Of a DNA stretch of 64,000 bases, positions 63,605 through 64,000 are shown one piece after another. The number at the start of each line of letters is the position of its first letter. Positions within the stretch are counted from its first letter, which is position 1. The notes beneath the pieces are model-generated. The model had not been told where the DNA came from. It did not search any database and saw only the letters and a program-made list of their open reading frames with translations. The stretch spans positions 5,240,071-5,304,070 of the forward strand of contig MU053810.1 of NCBI GenBank assembly GCA_013239625.1. The letters are read 5' to 3'. The DNA comes from Lama guanicoe. Taxonomy: Eukaryota. A program made the position numbers and the translations under genes.

Positions 63605-64000
63605 TTTTTTTTCATTTTTTATTGAAATATAATTAATTTTCAATGTTTCAGGTGTACAGTAAAGTGATTCAGTTATACACACACACACACATATATATAT
63701 ATTCTTTTTCAGATTTTTTTCCATTATAAGTTATTACAAGATATTGAACATAGCTCCCTGTGCTATATAGTAGGACCCTGTTGGTTATCTATTTTATATA
63801 TGTTAATCCCAAGCTCCCAATTTATCCCTCCCCTCACTTTCCCCTTTGGTAACCATAAATTTGTTTCCTATGTCTGTGAACCTCTTTCTATTTTGTAAAA
63901 AAGTTCATTGGTATCATCTTTTCAGATTCCATGTATAAGTGATATCATATGATATTTATCTTTTCTATCTGACTTACTTCACTTAGTATGAGTATCTCTA
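63605..64000 (-). mobile_element. L1 3' end running off the window
   Basis: T-tract, 'caggtgtacag..aagtgattcagttatac', 'cccctttggtaaccataa', 'ctgacttacttcacttagtatga'. Confidence 0.85.

Noticed and set aside
56457..64000. Absence of the terminal SLC39A12 exon as a 3' truncation
   Set aside because: The last intron is long in human as I recall, so the exon may simply lie beyond the window.

Overview
Mammalian genomic DNA, most likely camelid, inferred from several tRNA-derived vic-1-type SINEs. There is no intact protein-coding gene. The window has three blocks. (1) 1-14558 is repeat-rich non-coding DNA with a well-preserved solo LTR (4-bp TSD), MIR/L1 remnants, CTCF- and RFX-like motif clusters and a 5'-truncated processed HNRNPM pseudogene. 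(2) After an N-gap, a short CpG-rich fragment leads into a ~3.6-kb GC-rich satellite of ~30-33-bp monomers. It has higher-order periods (~227/260 and ~788 bp) and a palindromic GGGTCA-C-TG(G/A)CCC core. (3) Joined directly to the satellite is an intron-containing, + strand SLC39A12 (ZIP12 zinc transporter) remnant with ten exons equivalent to human exons 3-12. Exons 3, 4 and 7 carry frameshifts and stops, exon 3 also has an internal deletion, and exon 7 has a dead splice donor. I could not find exons 1-2; the last exon is probably beyond the window. Comparisons with human ZIP12 and HNRNPM, exon numbering and repeat family names are from recall and need confirming by alignment. I found no evidence of a new functional system. 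The best leads are the satellite-truncated ZIP12 pseudogene (dead duplicate or lost gene) and the satellite's structure.
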